Origin: Gloeocapsopsis dulcis | GTDB lineage: Bacteria; Cyanobacteriota; Cyanobacteriia; Cyanobacteriales; Chroococcidiopsidaceae | Assembly: GCF_032163395.1 (NCBI RefSeq) | Contig: NZ_CP119970.1 | Location: forward strand, 229,062 to 253,061 | Direction: 5' to 3' | DNA length: 24,000 bases | Notes under the pieces: model-generated | What the model saw: only the letters and a program-made list of their open reading frames with translations | Told to the model about the DNA's origin: nothing | Database searches by the model: none | Program-made: the position numbers and the translations under genes | In this document: one piece after another, positions 1 through 9,037 of the stretch | Layout: each line of letters begins with the position of its first letter | How positions within the stretch are numbered: position 1 is the first letter of the stretch

Positions 1-114
1 GCCATTTACTTCGTCAATGGAGCGCAGCGATTGTGGAGTGAAGTGCGAAATCTCTCTTGGTCAGAAATCGAGGCAATTGCTCAAACTAACTGTCTTGAGC
101 CGAATGTAGCTTAG
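1..114 (+). CDS. 3' end of an unidentified CDS (partial)
   Basis: Frame 1 is open from base 1 to TAG at 112-114 (..AIYFVNGAQRLWSEVRNLSWSEIEAIAQTNCLEPNVA*). No motif recognised. Confidence 0.3.
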   Translation, partial: AIYFVNGAQRLWSEVRNLSWSEIEAIAQTNCLEPNVA

Positions 115-123
115 AGATTCAAT

Positions 124-153
124 CAAAAATAAATACACCAAAAATAAATACAC
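124..153. repeat. Perfect tandem direct repeat, 2 x 15 bp (CAAAAATAAATACAC)
   Basis: Copies at 124-138 and 139-153 are identical and head-to-tail, 12 bp upstream of the ATG at 166. Possible iteron or operator. Confidence 0.8.
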
Positions 154-165
154 GCCTTAGCTATT

Positions 166-1368
166 ATGCCTAAAATTAAATCTAAATCCTGCGCCGACGG
201 CAGTGCTGATACCTACGAAGCTCGTTTAGTTGCAGCACAAAGTTTAAGAAAAGGCGATCGCGTGCGACATCAACGAACAGGGGAACAAGGCAGCTTCCAA
301 GAAATCAACTTAGGGTTTGCTTTACCCGAAGTTTGGGTGCACTTCGACAGCGATCGCGAGATTTCTAAGACGTTATCTTGCAACCCACTCGAATTAGAAA
401 TCATTGGTAGCAAGGTGGAGCAGCAGCCAACAGCATTACCAGATACTTGCCATAAGGAAGCGCTCGCTGAAGTCTCCCCTAATGTAGTGCTAACTCGTGT
501 TGAGGAGGCGAGTGCGATTATTGAGTCGCCTTGCAGAAGAGCGCATGCCGATGTACTAGAAGAACTTTCCGATTCGGAGGAACGAGAACGCTACCGTTTA
601 GAATTCAAAGTTGATCGAGGAATTGCCCAAGCGTGGTTAGCACTAAAAGAATTGCGCGATCGTCGTTTATACCGCAGCACTCACAAAACCTTTGAAGAAT
701 ATGCCAAAGAAAGGTTTGGATATAACCGCGCCCATGCTTATCGGTTGATCGAAGCTGCTCAAGTTTTAGAGAATCTGTCTCCAATTTGGAGACAAGATGT
801 ATTACAGGATGAAATGTCTCCCATTGGGAGACAAAAATTCCCTAACTCTGAGCGCTTGTGTCGAGAACTAGCTAAGCTCCCACCTAACTCTCAACCGATT
901 GCTTGGGAGAAGGTGCTAGAAACCTCTAGCGACAAAGCTCCTACAGCCAAGTTAGTCAGAGGGATTGTCGAGCAACTTCAAGAAAAACCTCTTCTTCAAG
1001 CCAAAGATTTTTGTGCCTGTGGAGATGTATTTACACTAGTGAAGTTAGAGGGATCGATGCGAAAATACAATGGTTGTTGGGCGATCGCATCTGGCATAAA
1101 TGACTTTACAATAACCGTTGAAGTTCATGAGACAACTCTTACTGTGAAACCTGAAAATCTTCAACCAATCGATGAACCTGATGCGCGGCGTCAACTACCT
1201 CAGACTCTCAAACGCATTCGGCGATTGCGGAATGTTGGTCTGCTTGACCGAGGTGCATACAATGTTTTAGAAGATTTAGGTTGGCAAACGTACTTGACAG
1301 ATATTGAAGAGAAATTGCTTTCCTGCTTGGAGGAACATTACAAGGTTAATTCTGAAGAGACACCTTAA
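166..1368 (+). CDS. Hypothetical DNA-binding protein with a ParB/KorB-like helix-turn-helix core
   Basis: 400-aa ORF. The segment ALKELRDRRLYRSTHKTFEEYAKERFGYNRAHAYRLIEAAQVLENLSPI resembles the HTH core of plasmid/phage ParB-like DNA-binding proteins. No enzymatic motif seen. Confidence 0.6.
   Translation: MPKIKSKSCADGSADTYEARLVAAQSLRKGDRVRHQRTGEQGSFQEINLGFALPEVWVHFDSDREISKTLSCNPLELEIIGSKVEQQPTALPDTCHKEALAEVSPNVVLTRVEEASAIIESPCRRAHADVLEELSDSEERERYRLEFKVDRGIAQAWLALKELRDRRLYRSTHKTFEEYAKERFGYNRAHAYRLIEAAQVLENLSPIWRQDVLQDEMSPIGRQKFPNSERLCRELAKLPPNSQPIAWEKVLETSSDKAPTAKLVRGIVEQLQEKPLLQAKDFCACGDVFTLVKLEGSMRKYNGCWAIASGINDFTITVEVHETTLTVKPENLQPIDEPDARRQLPQTLKRIRRLRNVGLLDRGAYNVLEDLGWQTYLTDIEEKLLSCLEEHYKVNSEETP
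777..832. repeat. Two related 17-bp perfect palindromes inside the CDS
   Basis: GTCTCC-AATTT-GGAGAC at 777-793 and GTCTCCC-ATT-GGGAGAC at 816-832, starts 39 bp apart. They encode the duplicated peptide LSPIWRQ / MSPIGRQ. Confidence 0.75.
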
Positions 1369-1407
1369 CACTCACTACGGTAATTTGTATAGTGACAAAC
1401 AATGATC

Positions 1408-2310
1408 GTGCGTCAGGAAAACGTGGAATGATATTATACAGAGGTAGAAAATTACTCCTGTTCTAAGAAGCCATGCCTTGCCCACTAGGCACTCACGATA
1501 AAACCTCTAAACACGGTAAAACAAGTTCGGGTAGCCAATGCTACCGATGTCTAAACTGCAAACAAACGTATACCAGCACCTTTGACAGCATTGATTATCG
1601 ACGGCAAGTAAGCTTTGAAGAAGTACGGATTGTATGACAATCTCATTGCGAGGGAACCAGTTTACGTGGCATTAGTCGGATTAGCGGATTGTCCTACAAC
1701 ACCGGGGTTAGCTTGATTCGAGCCGCAAGTCAAAAAGCACAGATGGTACACAACGCCGAAGTATCTTCTGTGGATACAGATGCGATCGCTGCTGACGAAT
1801 TGTGGTCGTTTGTCCAAAAAAACAAAAGCACTGCTTGCTAAAAGAAGTCGAAACCGGAGATTGTTGGATAGCGTTAAGCTTGGCGCAGTTGAATGGTTTA
1901 GTTCTCACAGGTCGTCTGGGCAAGCATACTGACTCCTTAGCTATTGAGCTAGTCACCCGTACTGAAGGCAAGACCAACTGCAAAGAGTGGAACACCGATG
2001 GTTGGGGAGGATATGAGCGAGTACTGCGTAACGATGATGTTGACCATTACATCAGTAAAGCCTTGACACAACAGTTAGAGCGAACCAATGGCATCTTACG
2101 GCAACAGACCGGACGTTGGCATCGACAACAGAACAAGTTTGGTAAGGTCTGGGAGCAGACGAAAATTACCTTGCGCTTAGTCATTACCTACTTCAACTGG
2201 ATTTGGGTACATTCCCGTTTAGGCACTACGGCAGCTCAACGTGCAGACCTAACGGCAGAACCCTGGACTTGGCTGGATATTGCTGTTTATTCCACGCTTG
2301 CCTGATGCAC
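1408..2310 (+). mobile_element. IS1-family insertion sequence (about 903 bp)
   Basis: Terminal inverted repeats: GTGCGTCAGGAAAACGTGGAAT at 1408-1429 versus the reverse complement of 2289-2310, GTGCATCAGGCAAGCGTGGAAT (19/22 by eye). Contains InsA/InsB-like frames. No flanking direct repeat. Confidence 0.85.
1473..2305 (+). pseudogene. IS1-family transposase InsA / InsAB' with -1 frameshift site and one in-frame TGA
   Basis: N-terminal zinc-finger-like MPCPLGTHDKTSKHGKTSSGSQCYRCLNCKQTY. In-frame TGA at 1635-1637. DELWSFVQK precedes the classical IS1 slippery motif A AAA AAC (1816-1823). The -1 frame (ORF 1802-2305) carries TDGWGGYE..ISKALTQQLERTNGILRQQTGRWHRQ. Confidence 0.8.
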
Positions 2311-3157
2311 AACCAAATGACTGGCTCGGGAACTTGTAATAACTCGCAACTATGAAATCTGCCTTGGTCTAACTGAATGATATGTATATCATCAGGATAA
2401 ACCTGCACAAACTGTGCCAAGAACTGCTCAAAACAAACAGTATCTAGGTGGGAAAACTCTAAAAAAAAGTGGTTTCCCGTGAGCGGTTCCACAATCCCAT
2501 AGAGATAAAATGCTTCTCGCGTCCATTGTACTTGCCCGACTGGTTTGACTCCTGTTAGCGTTAATTTTCTCCCTGTAATCGTCTTCAGGCCAAAACGACT
2601 TTCATCTTCACACCAGTAGCGAATATTTCTGTCTTGTCCTGGTGTGACTAAGTACTCCAAGATGACACCTAGCAATTGAGACAGTTTTTTTTTGCTTGGG
2701 GCGATTGCTTTGTACTTTGCGGACGCGGCACTTTGAGTTGGGCTTTTAGCTGGTAGCGCACGGTATCATGTACTACTTTATATGAGGCTTCTATTTCTTC
2801 ACTTGCTTTTAACCAAGTTTGTACTTCCCCATAACTTTCAAACCCCTCAACTTGAGCTAGCTCAAGTTTTAATCGTTCTCTGACTTCTTCTGGAATAATT
2901 TTTGGTCTACCCGTACTTTTGGATTGTTCTCATAATCCCTTTAATCCACCCTCTCTATAGCAGCGTAACCACCGTTGCACTGTGACTCGACTTTTTCCCA
3001 GTACAACTGCTAAATGCTGTACTGTCTCTACTTGTTGGATTTTCAATAGGTACAATGCTTGTAGACGTTCCAACCCACATGCTGTTTTTTGTTGCTTCAA
3101 TAGCTTTTTCAATTGCTCTGCTGTTTCTGTTATGTTAATTTTGACTACCCCTGTCAT
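2311..3157 (-). pseudogene. IS630-family transposase, truncated, with in-frame TGA and an A9 -1 frameshift site
   Basis: HTH part MTGVVKINITETAEQLKK..VQRWLRCYREGGLKGL, then TGA (2930-2932). The same frame continues EQSKSTGRPKIIPEEVRERL..PQAKK. An A9 run (T9 on + strand, 2695-2703) links by -1 to KKLSQLLGVILEYL..YWCEDESRFGLKT..LDQGRFHS, which ends ..PEPVIWL at the IS1 junction, so the C-terminal DDE part is missing. Confidence 0.75.
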
Positions 3158-3217
3158 AGCTGAAAACTGTCAATAGTAGTTTTTCTACTATTTGTATCAT
3201 GGTTAAAGTGAAATGTT
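2311..3217 (-). mobile_element. IS630-family element, 3' end truncated by the IS1 insertion (5' boundary approximate)
   Basis: The transposase reading frame stops matching exactly at the IS1 right IR (2310/2311). The upstream boundary is taken as the start of the IS701 left IR. Confidence 0.6.
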
Positions 3218-4650
3218 ATAAGCCCTCTTTTGTTACTCTTAAGAGAGTAAATTGGGAAAAGTAAGCCTAGAAGTAAGGTGGAGCAATGGTTCCTCGCCAA
3301 CCTGCCCAACCCAGCGTGACGTTCGTCAATGAATACTGTCAAATTTATCAGCATTTGTTTAGAGAACTCAGGACTTTTGAAGCATTCCAGTGGTTACATC
3401 TAGGCATCATTTCTGAGCTGCCTCGTAAGTCCTTACCTCAGATTGCTCGTGCAGTCGGACTCAAAGATGGACAAGCTCTTCACCATTTTCTGCGTGATGC
3501 ACCTGGGAAAGTGTCGCAACTTAGAGCAACGAGGTTGTGGCTAAACAACTGATTGGAGAACAACCAATTGTGTTGTGCATCGATGAAACCGGAGATGTCA
3601 AGAAAGGACAAGCAACCGATTATGTTGCCAGACACTACATTGGCAATTTAGGTAAAACAGAAAATGGCATCGTCTCTGTTAATGCTTATGCTCTAGTGGA
3701 CGGGTTAACCTATCCGTTGTTATTCAAAATTTTCAAGCCACGTCATCGGCTTAAAGCAGGAGACGAGTACAAGACAAAACCTCAGCTCGCTGTAGAAATC
3801 TTGCAAGAATTGAGAGCTTCCGGTTTCACTATCAAGCTTGTATTAGCTGATAGTCTTTATGGAGAAAGTGGTGATGTGACTGGAGAGTTAAGTCAACAAC
3901 AATTGCCCTACATCGTAGCAATTCGCAGCAACCATCCAGTTCTCATGCCCAAAGGATGGAAAGTACGATATAACCGCTGGCATGGCTATCAGCAGTTGCT
4001 CTCTCATCGTCAAGGGGAACAACGCTGGATTCGAGAGATTATCTTTGGTAAACCTCGCCAGGTGAGGTTTTTTCAGATTACTAAAGGAGAAGTCGCAGAC
4101 CCTGATGGCGATAGCTGGTATATCATGACCAATCTCAAGGGTAAGATACATCGAGAATTAGCTCGTTTATATAGCTTGAGAAGTGGGATTGAATATGGTT
4201 TCAAGCAAGTTAAAACCGAGTTGGGGTGGGCAGATTTCCGCTTAACTGATTATGGCAGTATCGAACGGTGGTGGGAGATGATCTTCAGTGCCTATTTGAT
4301 GGTCAGTTTACACGCTGATTATTTTCAGTCGTGCTTGTCGTCCCCACAGTCTTCTAGCAAGGGAGCATCCTCGACGATTTTAGAGTGCTTTTGGCAGCAT
4401 CCTCGGTGGGAAGAAGGAACGACTTGGAAGAGTGCGCTCAATAACTTACGATTAATCATCCAACCTTACATCTTCTACTGCTTGCTTGCACTTGGTTAGA
4501 AGTGTTTTCCATTCCAGGATTTAAGCATAGTTTCTCCCGATTGATGATGCACATGAACCGTTTTCGTGGTCCCCCAAAACTGTCTCTAAGCATTGCTGCT
4601 TAGTAGCTAGGAATATTTTTCTCCTGCCAGTGTCACAAAAGAGGGATTAC
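3218..4650 (+). mobile_element. IS701-family insertion sequence (about 1.43 kb, ends +/- a few bp)
   Basis: Imperfect terminal IRs: ATAAGCCCTCTTTTGTTAC at 3218-3236 versus the reverse complement of 4632-4650, GTAATCCCTCTTTTGTGAC (16/19 by eye). Encloses the transposase frames. Confidence 0.7.
3286..4499 (+). pseudogene. IS701-family DDE transposase, split by a -1 frameshift near 3525-3552
   Basis: ORF 3286-3552 plus ORF 3537-4499. The second frame has LCIDETGDVKKGQATDYVARHYIGNLGKTENGIVSVNAY and ADSLYGES, typical IS701/DDE_5 blocks. This family normally encodes one ORF. Confidence 0.75.
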
Positions 4651-4695
4651 AAAAACAACTGTGGTAAACTGAAATAGAAAAATTGGGCCCTCGCT

Positions 4696-5256
4696 ATGAT
4701 TCGCACTGCAAGTAAACTGAGTCTCCAAGAGTTTCTGGATTTACCTCAAAGCGACGACCGCTATGAACTGGTCGAGGGACAGCTTCAACCTAAAATGTCA
4801 CCAAAATATAAACACGCCAGCATCCAAGGTCGCTTATTCCGGTTACTAGATGATTGGTGTAACGATCAGCAGTGTGGTCGTGTTTGCCCAGAATGGGCTA
4901 TAGTTTTAAAACGGCAGCAGGAAGACTGGGTTCCTGTCCCTGACCTTACCTATGTTTCCTACCAACGGCTGCCCCAAGAATGGGACGAAGATGAGCCGTG
5001 CCCTGTTAAACCAGAATTAGTTGTAGAAATTATTTCGCCTGGTCAAACCTTTAGTGGCATGACTCAGAAAGCTACAGATTATTTATTGGCTGGAGTAGAT
5101 TGTGTGTGGGTAGTTGAGTCTAAAGCTCAATCAGTGACAATCTTCCGGCAAGACAGCCTGCCACAAACTGTTTGGCAAGAAGGAGCCATTAGCGATCCTC
5201 TGCTACCTGAGTTGGTACTACCTGTTTCTCGCCTGTTTGCTAAAACAGGAGAATGA
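4696..5256 (+). CDS. Uma2-family (DUF820) putative PD-(D/E)xK endonuclease
   Basis: 186 aa with LQEFLDLPQSDDRYELVEGQL..P..KHASIQGRL..PDLTYVSY..PELVVEIISPGQ..KATDYLLAGVDCVWVV. This is the signature layout of the Uma2 family that is abundant in cyanobacteria. Confidence 0.8.
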   Translation: MIRTASKLSLQEFLDLPQSDDRYELVEGQLQPKMSPKYKHASIQGRLFRLLDDWCNDQQCGRVCPEWAIVLKRQQEDWVPVPDLTYVSYQRLPQEWDEDEPCPVKPELVVEIISPGQTFSGMTQKATDYLLAGVDCVWVVESKAQSVTIFRQDSLPQTVWQEGAISDPLLPELVLPVSRLFAKTGE

Positions 5257-6112
5257 TTCCCGTGCCAACTCACGTTCGCGACAAATGTAAACAAGGTTGT
5301 GTTGCAAAAAATGGTAAGGTAAAATAATTCCACTAGAGAAAATCATTTCGCCTGCCTTAAATGAACTCGTCTTCCCCGTTTAAGTGGCGGCACTATCAAT
5401 CCAAAATCATCCTGCATTGTGTCCGATGGTATCTCAGTTATCCGCTTTCCTATCGCCAAGTAGCAGAAATGGTGAACGAGCGAGGGTTGGATATCCATCA
5501 CACCACCGTGTTCCGTTGGGTGCAGGAGTATAGCCCAGAAATAGATCAGCAGTTCAGGTCACATCTGGGCCTGACAAATGACTCGTGGCGGGTAGATGAA
5601 AGTGTGCCGCAACAGCGGCGTGAAAGATGGGAGTATGGCCTCCCGTAATCGGCTTACAGGAGCAGATTGCAAACCACCATAAGCGGCTTTGGTGAATAGT
5701 CAAGGTCGTGAGCGTTATGGAAAAGGCATCTCGAAGATGTCAGGTGTAGACCAAGAAAGCGAACACAAGTGAACAGCGAGTGCAAGTGCCGAAATGCGGA
5801 GATGGTGTCAAAACCAGGGAGTTTTCGTTGCCCCAGGACAAGTTTGGCGGGAACCTGTTTACTGGCCAAACGGCACCCGGCATAGAGGTAGCGTGAGCTT
5901 GGTCTGGGCTTTCACGTTGAATTGCGGGAACCTGAGGTGATGAGGACAAGAGAACGGTACAAGCACAGACCCTGTAAGGCCAATAGTATCGAGGCATCAC
6001 CCAGGGGCGGACAAGCTCGTAGTAGTGTTGAAACCACTGTAATGGTGGTGGAGCGAAGGGGCTTGGTCACTTGGTTGCAATTGTCTGACCAACTGCACAG
6101 CAGGAGGAGTCG

Positions 6113-7378
6113 ATGAGCGCAACAAAACCATTCGCAATACCCAAGTCGCAGGTATGGCAAGCCTATTTAGAAGTCAAATCGAAAGGAGGAGCAGCAGGAG
6201 TCGATGAACAATCACTAGAAGCGTTCGAGCGAGACCTGAAAAGGAATCTTTATCGAATCTGGAACCGGATGAGTTCGGGAACGTATTTCCCACCACCAGT
6301 GAGAGCCGTGCCAATACCGAACAAACAGGGCGGTACGAGAGTCCTGGGAGTGCCCACCGTGGGTGACAGGATTGCGCAAACGGTAGTGAAGATGATGCTC
6401 GAACCAATACTGGAACCAGTTTTTGACGAAGATTCATCCGGTTACAGACCGGGACGTTCAGCCCATGATGCGATTGCAGTAACGCGAAAACGTTGCTGGC
6501 AGTATGACTGGGTTGTCGAGTTCGACATCCGAGGACTCTTTGACAACATCAATCACCATCTGTTGATGAAAGCCCTCAAGCATCATTGTCAGTGTCGGTG
6601 GGTTCTGTTGTATGTAGAGCGTTGGTTGAAGGCACCTCGGCCAGAGCCGGATGGGACGCTGACACAACGAAATAAAGGCACTCCTCAAGGGGGTGTTGTC
6701 AGTCCGATATTGGCAAATCTATTTCTGCACTATGCATTTGATGCTTGGGTCAAAAGAGAGATACCAAGCATTCCGTTTTGTCGCTACGCTGACGATGGGC
6801 TGTTGCATTGTCGTAGTCGTCAAGCCGAATACGCCATGAGGCGACTAACTGAACGATTGCGTGAATGTGGTTTGGAGATTAATCCAGACAAGTCAAGCAT
6901 CGTTTATTGCCAGGACAGGAATCGGCAGGAGGAGCACGAGGTAGTCAACTTCGACTTTCTCGGCTTCACGTTTCAACCTCGTCGATGTGTTGACAGAGGT
7001 GGCAACGTCCATCCTAACTTTCTGCCAGCCATCAGTCCAGCAGCCACGCAGGAAATCAACCGGACGATACAAAGTTGGCATCTCCAACTCCAGAACGACA
7101 AGACCCTGGAGGACCTTTCCAGAATGGTCAATCCCATTCTACGTGGTTGGCTCAACTACTATGGGCACTTCTATCCCTCTGCGCTACGCCAGATTTGGCA
7201 CCATGTGAATAGGTATCTTGTTCAGTGGGTTCGGAGAAAGTTCAAACGTCTTTCCCGTCATAAGCAACGGGCAAAGCGGTATTTAGACCGTTTAGCACGA
7301 GCTAACCCACACCTTTTCATACCTTGGGACCTTGGAGTATTCCCAATTGGTTTGAGTGATAGGAGCCGGATGAGCTGA
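6113..7378 (+). CDS. Group II intron reverse transcriptase/maturase (no endonuclease domain)
   Basis: 421 aa with RT blocks: GAAGVDEQSLEAF, YFPPPVRAVPIPNKQGGTRVLGVPTVGDRIAQ, GYRPGRSAHDA, FDIRGLFDNINH, GTPQGGVVSPILANLFL, and the YADD catalytic box (FCRYADDGLLHC). The maturase X-like tail is ILRGWLNYYGHFY. The protein ends without HNH/En motifs. The stop codon lies inside domain V. Confidence 0.9.
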   Translation: MSATKPFAIPKSQVWQAYLEVKSKGGAAGVDEQSLEAFERDLKRNLYRIWNRMSSGTYFPPPVRAVPIPNKQGGTRVLGVPTVGDRIAQTVVKMMLEPILEPVFDEDSSGYRPGRSAHDAIAVTRKRCWQYDWVVEFDIRGLFDNINHHLLMKALKHHCQCRWVLLYVERWLKAPRPEPDGTLTQRNKGTPQGGVVSPILANLFLHYAFDAWVKREIPSIPFCRYADDGLLHCRSRQAEYAMRRLTERLRECGLEINPDKSSIVYCQDRNRQEEHEVVNFDFLGFTFQPRRCVDRGGNVHPNFLPAISPAATQEINRTIQSWHLQLQNDKTLEDLSRMVNPILRGWLNYYGHFYPSALRQIWHHVNRYLVQWVRRKFKRLSRHKQRAKRYLDRLARANPHLFIPWDLGVFPIGLSDRSRMS

Positions 7379-7436
7379 GAGGTTCACGTCCGGTTCTCGG
7401 AGGGACTGGGGGTGAAACTCCCCCGGTCTACTCAAC
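7363..7436 (+). ncRNA. Group II intron domains V and VI
   Basis: The 34-nt domain V, GAGCCGGATGAGCTGAGAGGTTCACGTCCGGTTC (7363-7396), has the AGC triad and a tetraloop. Domain VI is a G-rich/C-rich helix (about 7400-7433) with an unpaired A at 7430, 7 nt from the 3' splice site. Confidence 0.8.
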
Positions 7437-8326
7437 CCTATATCAAGGTCAAAGGAAAGCAGAAATATCTGTATCGGGCAGTGGATTCCCTTGGTAACAC
7501 AATTGACTTTCTGCTGTGTGCCAAAAGAGATGCACGGTCAGCAGAGCGGTTCTTTCGTAAAGCTTTGAAGGTAGCTCATAGCCAACTACCACGAGTGATT
7601 AATGTTGATAAAAATGCTGCATATCCTATAGCTGTTGAGGAGTTGAAAACAGAAGAAATAATAGCTTAAGCTTGTGAGCTACGACAAAATAAATACTTAA
7701 ATAATATAGTAGAGCAAGATCATCGCTTCATCAAAAAATTGGTCAATCCCAGCTTAGGATTTAAATCGTTTCATACTGCTAGAAGAACGATTATTGGCTA
7801 TGAAATGATGAATATGATTCGCAAAGGTCAGGTTATACGAGTGATTTAAGGAGATATTGTAGCTTCTGGAAAATTTATTGCAGACATCTTCGGAGTTGTT
7901 GCATAAATCAACCTCGACCCAAAGAGATTTTATCACTTCAAATATTTTTTGTAACACAACCGAGAGTTATTGCTAGTAGAAATGAGTTGAAATTTACCTA
8001 CCGTAAACCTTCCAATAGAACACTCATAGACAATGAGTAGACCAGAATATTTGTCACAGATGCTTCAGCTTCGCACCTCTGCTATCAAGTGCCTGTTTTC
8101 AATGGGCACGCTTTTCTAATATTCGTACAGGAGATCCAGTAATTCAAGAAATTGCTAGCCGCTACAGGCAATGTGTCGATCTCCACGCTCACTTTTTGAC
8201 AGACGATTCATCGCGGTTCACAGCAATAATTGAGCCAAGTTCGTGGGTGCATCAGAAGTGCAACGAGCTTTTCTTCTAAAAAGCGATCGTGTAATTATCT
8301 ATCGTCGCTGTTGGCTGAAACGCAAA

Positions 8327-8986
8327 TCATTCTGCTGATTCTCCAATAAAATCTGCACCTGCTTGTAAGAGGGCACTACCGCCCAATGCATACGAGAAAG
8401 TTGCTAGCTCTGGAAGAGCTGTATCAACCGCAATTAAGCTTATGCCAGTAGTAGTACGAAAAGCACCTTGCGCGATTTTGCGTTTGCGCGACTTCTTCTG
8501 TTTTCGCGGTTTACTTCGAGCACTTTTGTAACCTTTTACTATTGCCCCATGAATAGCAGGAAGTTTGCTCTTGAGGTCATCGCTACTTGATAATAAATTT
8601 CCTATGCTGTCTAAGTGCTGCACCAAAAATAGATCGACTAACTCATCTATATCTGCAGGTTTCAGAAGGAACAGGCTAGTCGCTTGCGTCTCCCTTGAAA
8701 TAAGTTCGTCCCGATTCTCTTGCAATTGGGTACGAGTGGTTTGAGGCAATCGCAATAACTGGGAGCGTGCCGAATCGATCAATTCATCAAGTTCTGCTGC
8801 AACAACATCTTGCTCTAAAAGAGTCAAAACACGGCTGAGTACAAGGTTCGCGTTCGTTTCTGCTTGACTAGGATTTGGTACTGCTCTTTCTGATTTTCTA
8901 TATGTTTTCCAAAGTTCCTTGATCTCCTGGAGTAGTTGTACTATTTCTGGTTCCATACGAGTTTGAGAACCGAACTTTGACGTCAT
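8327..8986 (-). CDS. Orphan hypothetical protein (helical N-terminal part, Lys/Arg-rich linker, Gly/Ala-rich hydrophobic C-terminus)
   Basis: 219-aa ORF with AGGAG 8 nt upstream of the ATG. Contains ..KSARSKPRKQKKSRKRK.. followed by GISLIAVDTALPELATFSYALGGSALLQAGADFIG. No family recognised. Confidence 0.55.
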   Translation of the reverse strand: MTSKFGSQTRMEPEIVQLLQEIKELWKTYRKSERAVPNPSQAETNANLVLSRVLTLLEQDVVAAELDELIDSARSQLLRLPQTTRTQLQENRDELISRETQATSLFLLKPADIDELVDLFLVQHLDSIGNLLSSSDDLKSKLPAIHGAIVKGYKSARSKPRKQKKSRKRKIAQGAFRTTTGISLIAVDTALPELATFSYALGGSALLQAGADFIGESAE

Positions 8987-9037
8987 GAAACTGCTCCTGA
9001 AGGTGCGCCTTCAATCTTAATACTCAGATTGTACAAT

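Larger units (their letters stand above)
5602..7436 (+). mobile_element. Group II intron (ribozyme plus intron-encoded protein), sense orientation in the IS6 transposase gene
   Basis: Starts GTGTG (5602-5606) and ends ..CTACTCAAC (7436). Domain V and VI are recognisable, with the RT/maturase ORF in domain IV position. Joining 5601 to 7437 restores the codon A|CC and the conserved WRVDE-T-YIKVKGK block. Confidence 0.9.
5361..7906 (+). pseudogene. IS6-family transposase, interrupted by the group II intron and by two in-frame TAA codons
   Basis: Exon 1 (5361-5601) reads FKWRHYQSKIILHCVRWYLSYPLSYRQVAEMVNERGLDIHHTTVFRWVQEY..NDSWRVDE. Exon 2 (7437-7906) reads (T)YIKVKGKQKYLYRAVDSLGNTIDFLLCAKRD..VINVDKNAAYP..*..LRQNKYLNNIVEQDHRFIKK..GFKSF..MIRKGQV..*..FGVVA*. 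The TAA codons are at 7667-7669 and 7847-7849. Confidence 0.85.
5295..7961 (+). mobile_element. IS6-family insertion sequence (832 bp) carrying a 1835-bp group II intron
   Basis: Terminal IRs: GGTTGTGTTGCAAAAAATGG at 5295-5314 versus the reverse complement of 7942-7961, GGTTGTGTTACAAAAAATAT (17/20). No 8-bp flanking duplication (GTAAACAA versus GAGAGTTA). Confidence 0.85.

Noticed and set aside
1635-2932. Idea that the in-frame TGA codons (IS1, IS630, amidase relic) reflect TGA reassignment or selenocysteine
   Set aside because: All long intact genes in the window terminate normally, several of them at TGA. The positions correspond to different expected residues (Leu-like in the IS elements, Trp in the amidase). 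TAA and TAG interruptions occur as well. Plain nonsense mutations fit better.
5654-6160. Three overlapping minus-strand ORFs (5654-5869, 5740-6000, 5912-6160) and the + ORF 5922-6116
   Set aside because: They lie in domains I-III of the group II intron ribozyme. They have no recognisable protein motifs and overlap one another, so they are best explained as chance frames in structured, GC-richer RNA.
8040-8280. 28-codon ATG ORF and an overlapping start-less open frame of about 80 codons (..SNIRTGDPVIQEIASRYRQCVDLHAHFLTDDSSRF..)
   Set aside because: There is no start codon for the long frame, no recognisable family and no RBS. It may be a gene remnant, but this cannot be supported from the sequence alone.
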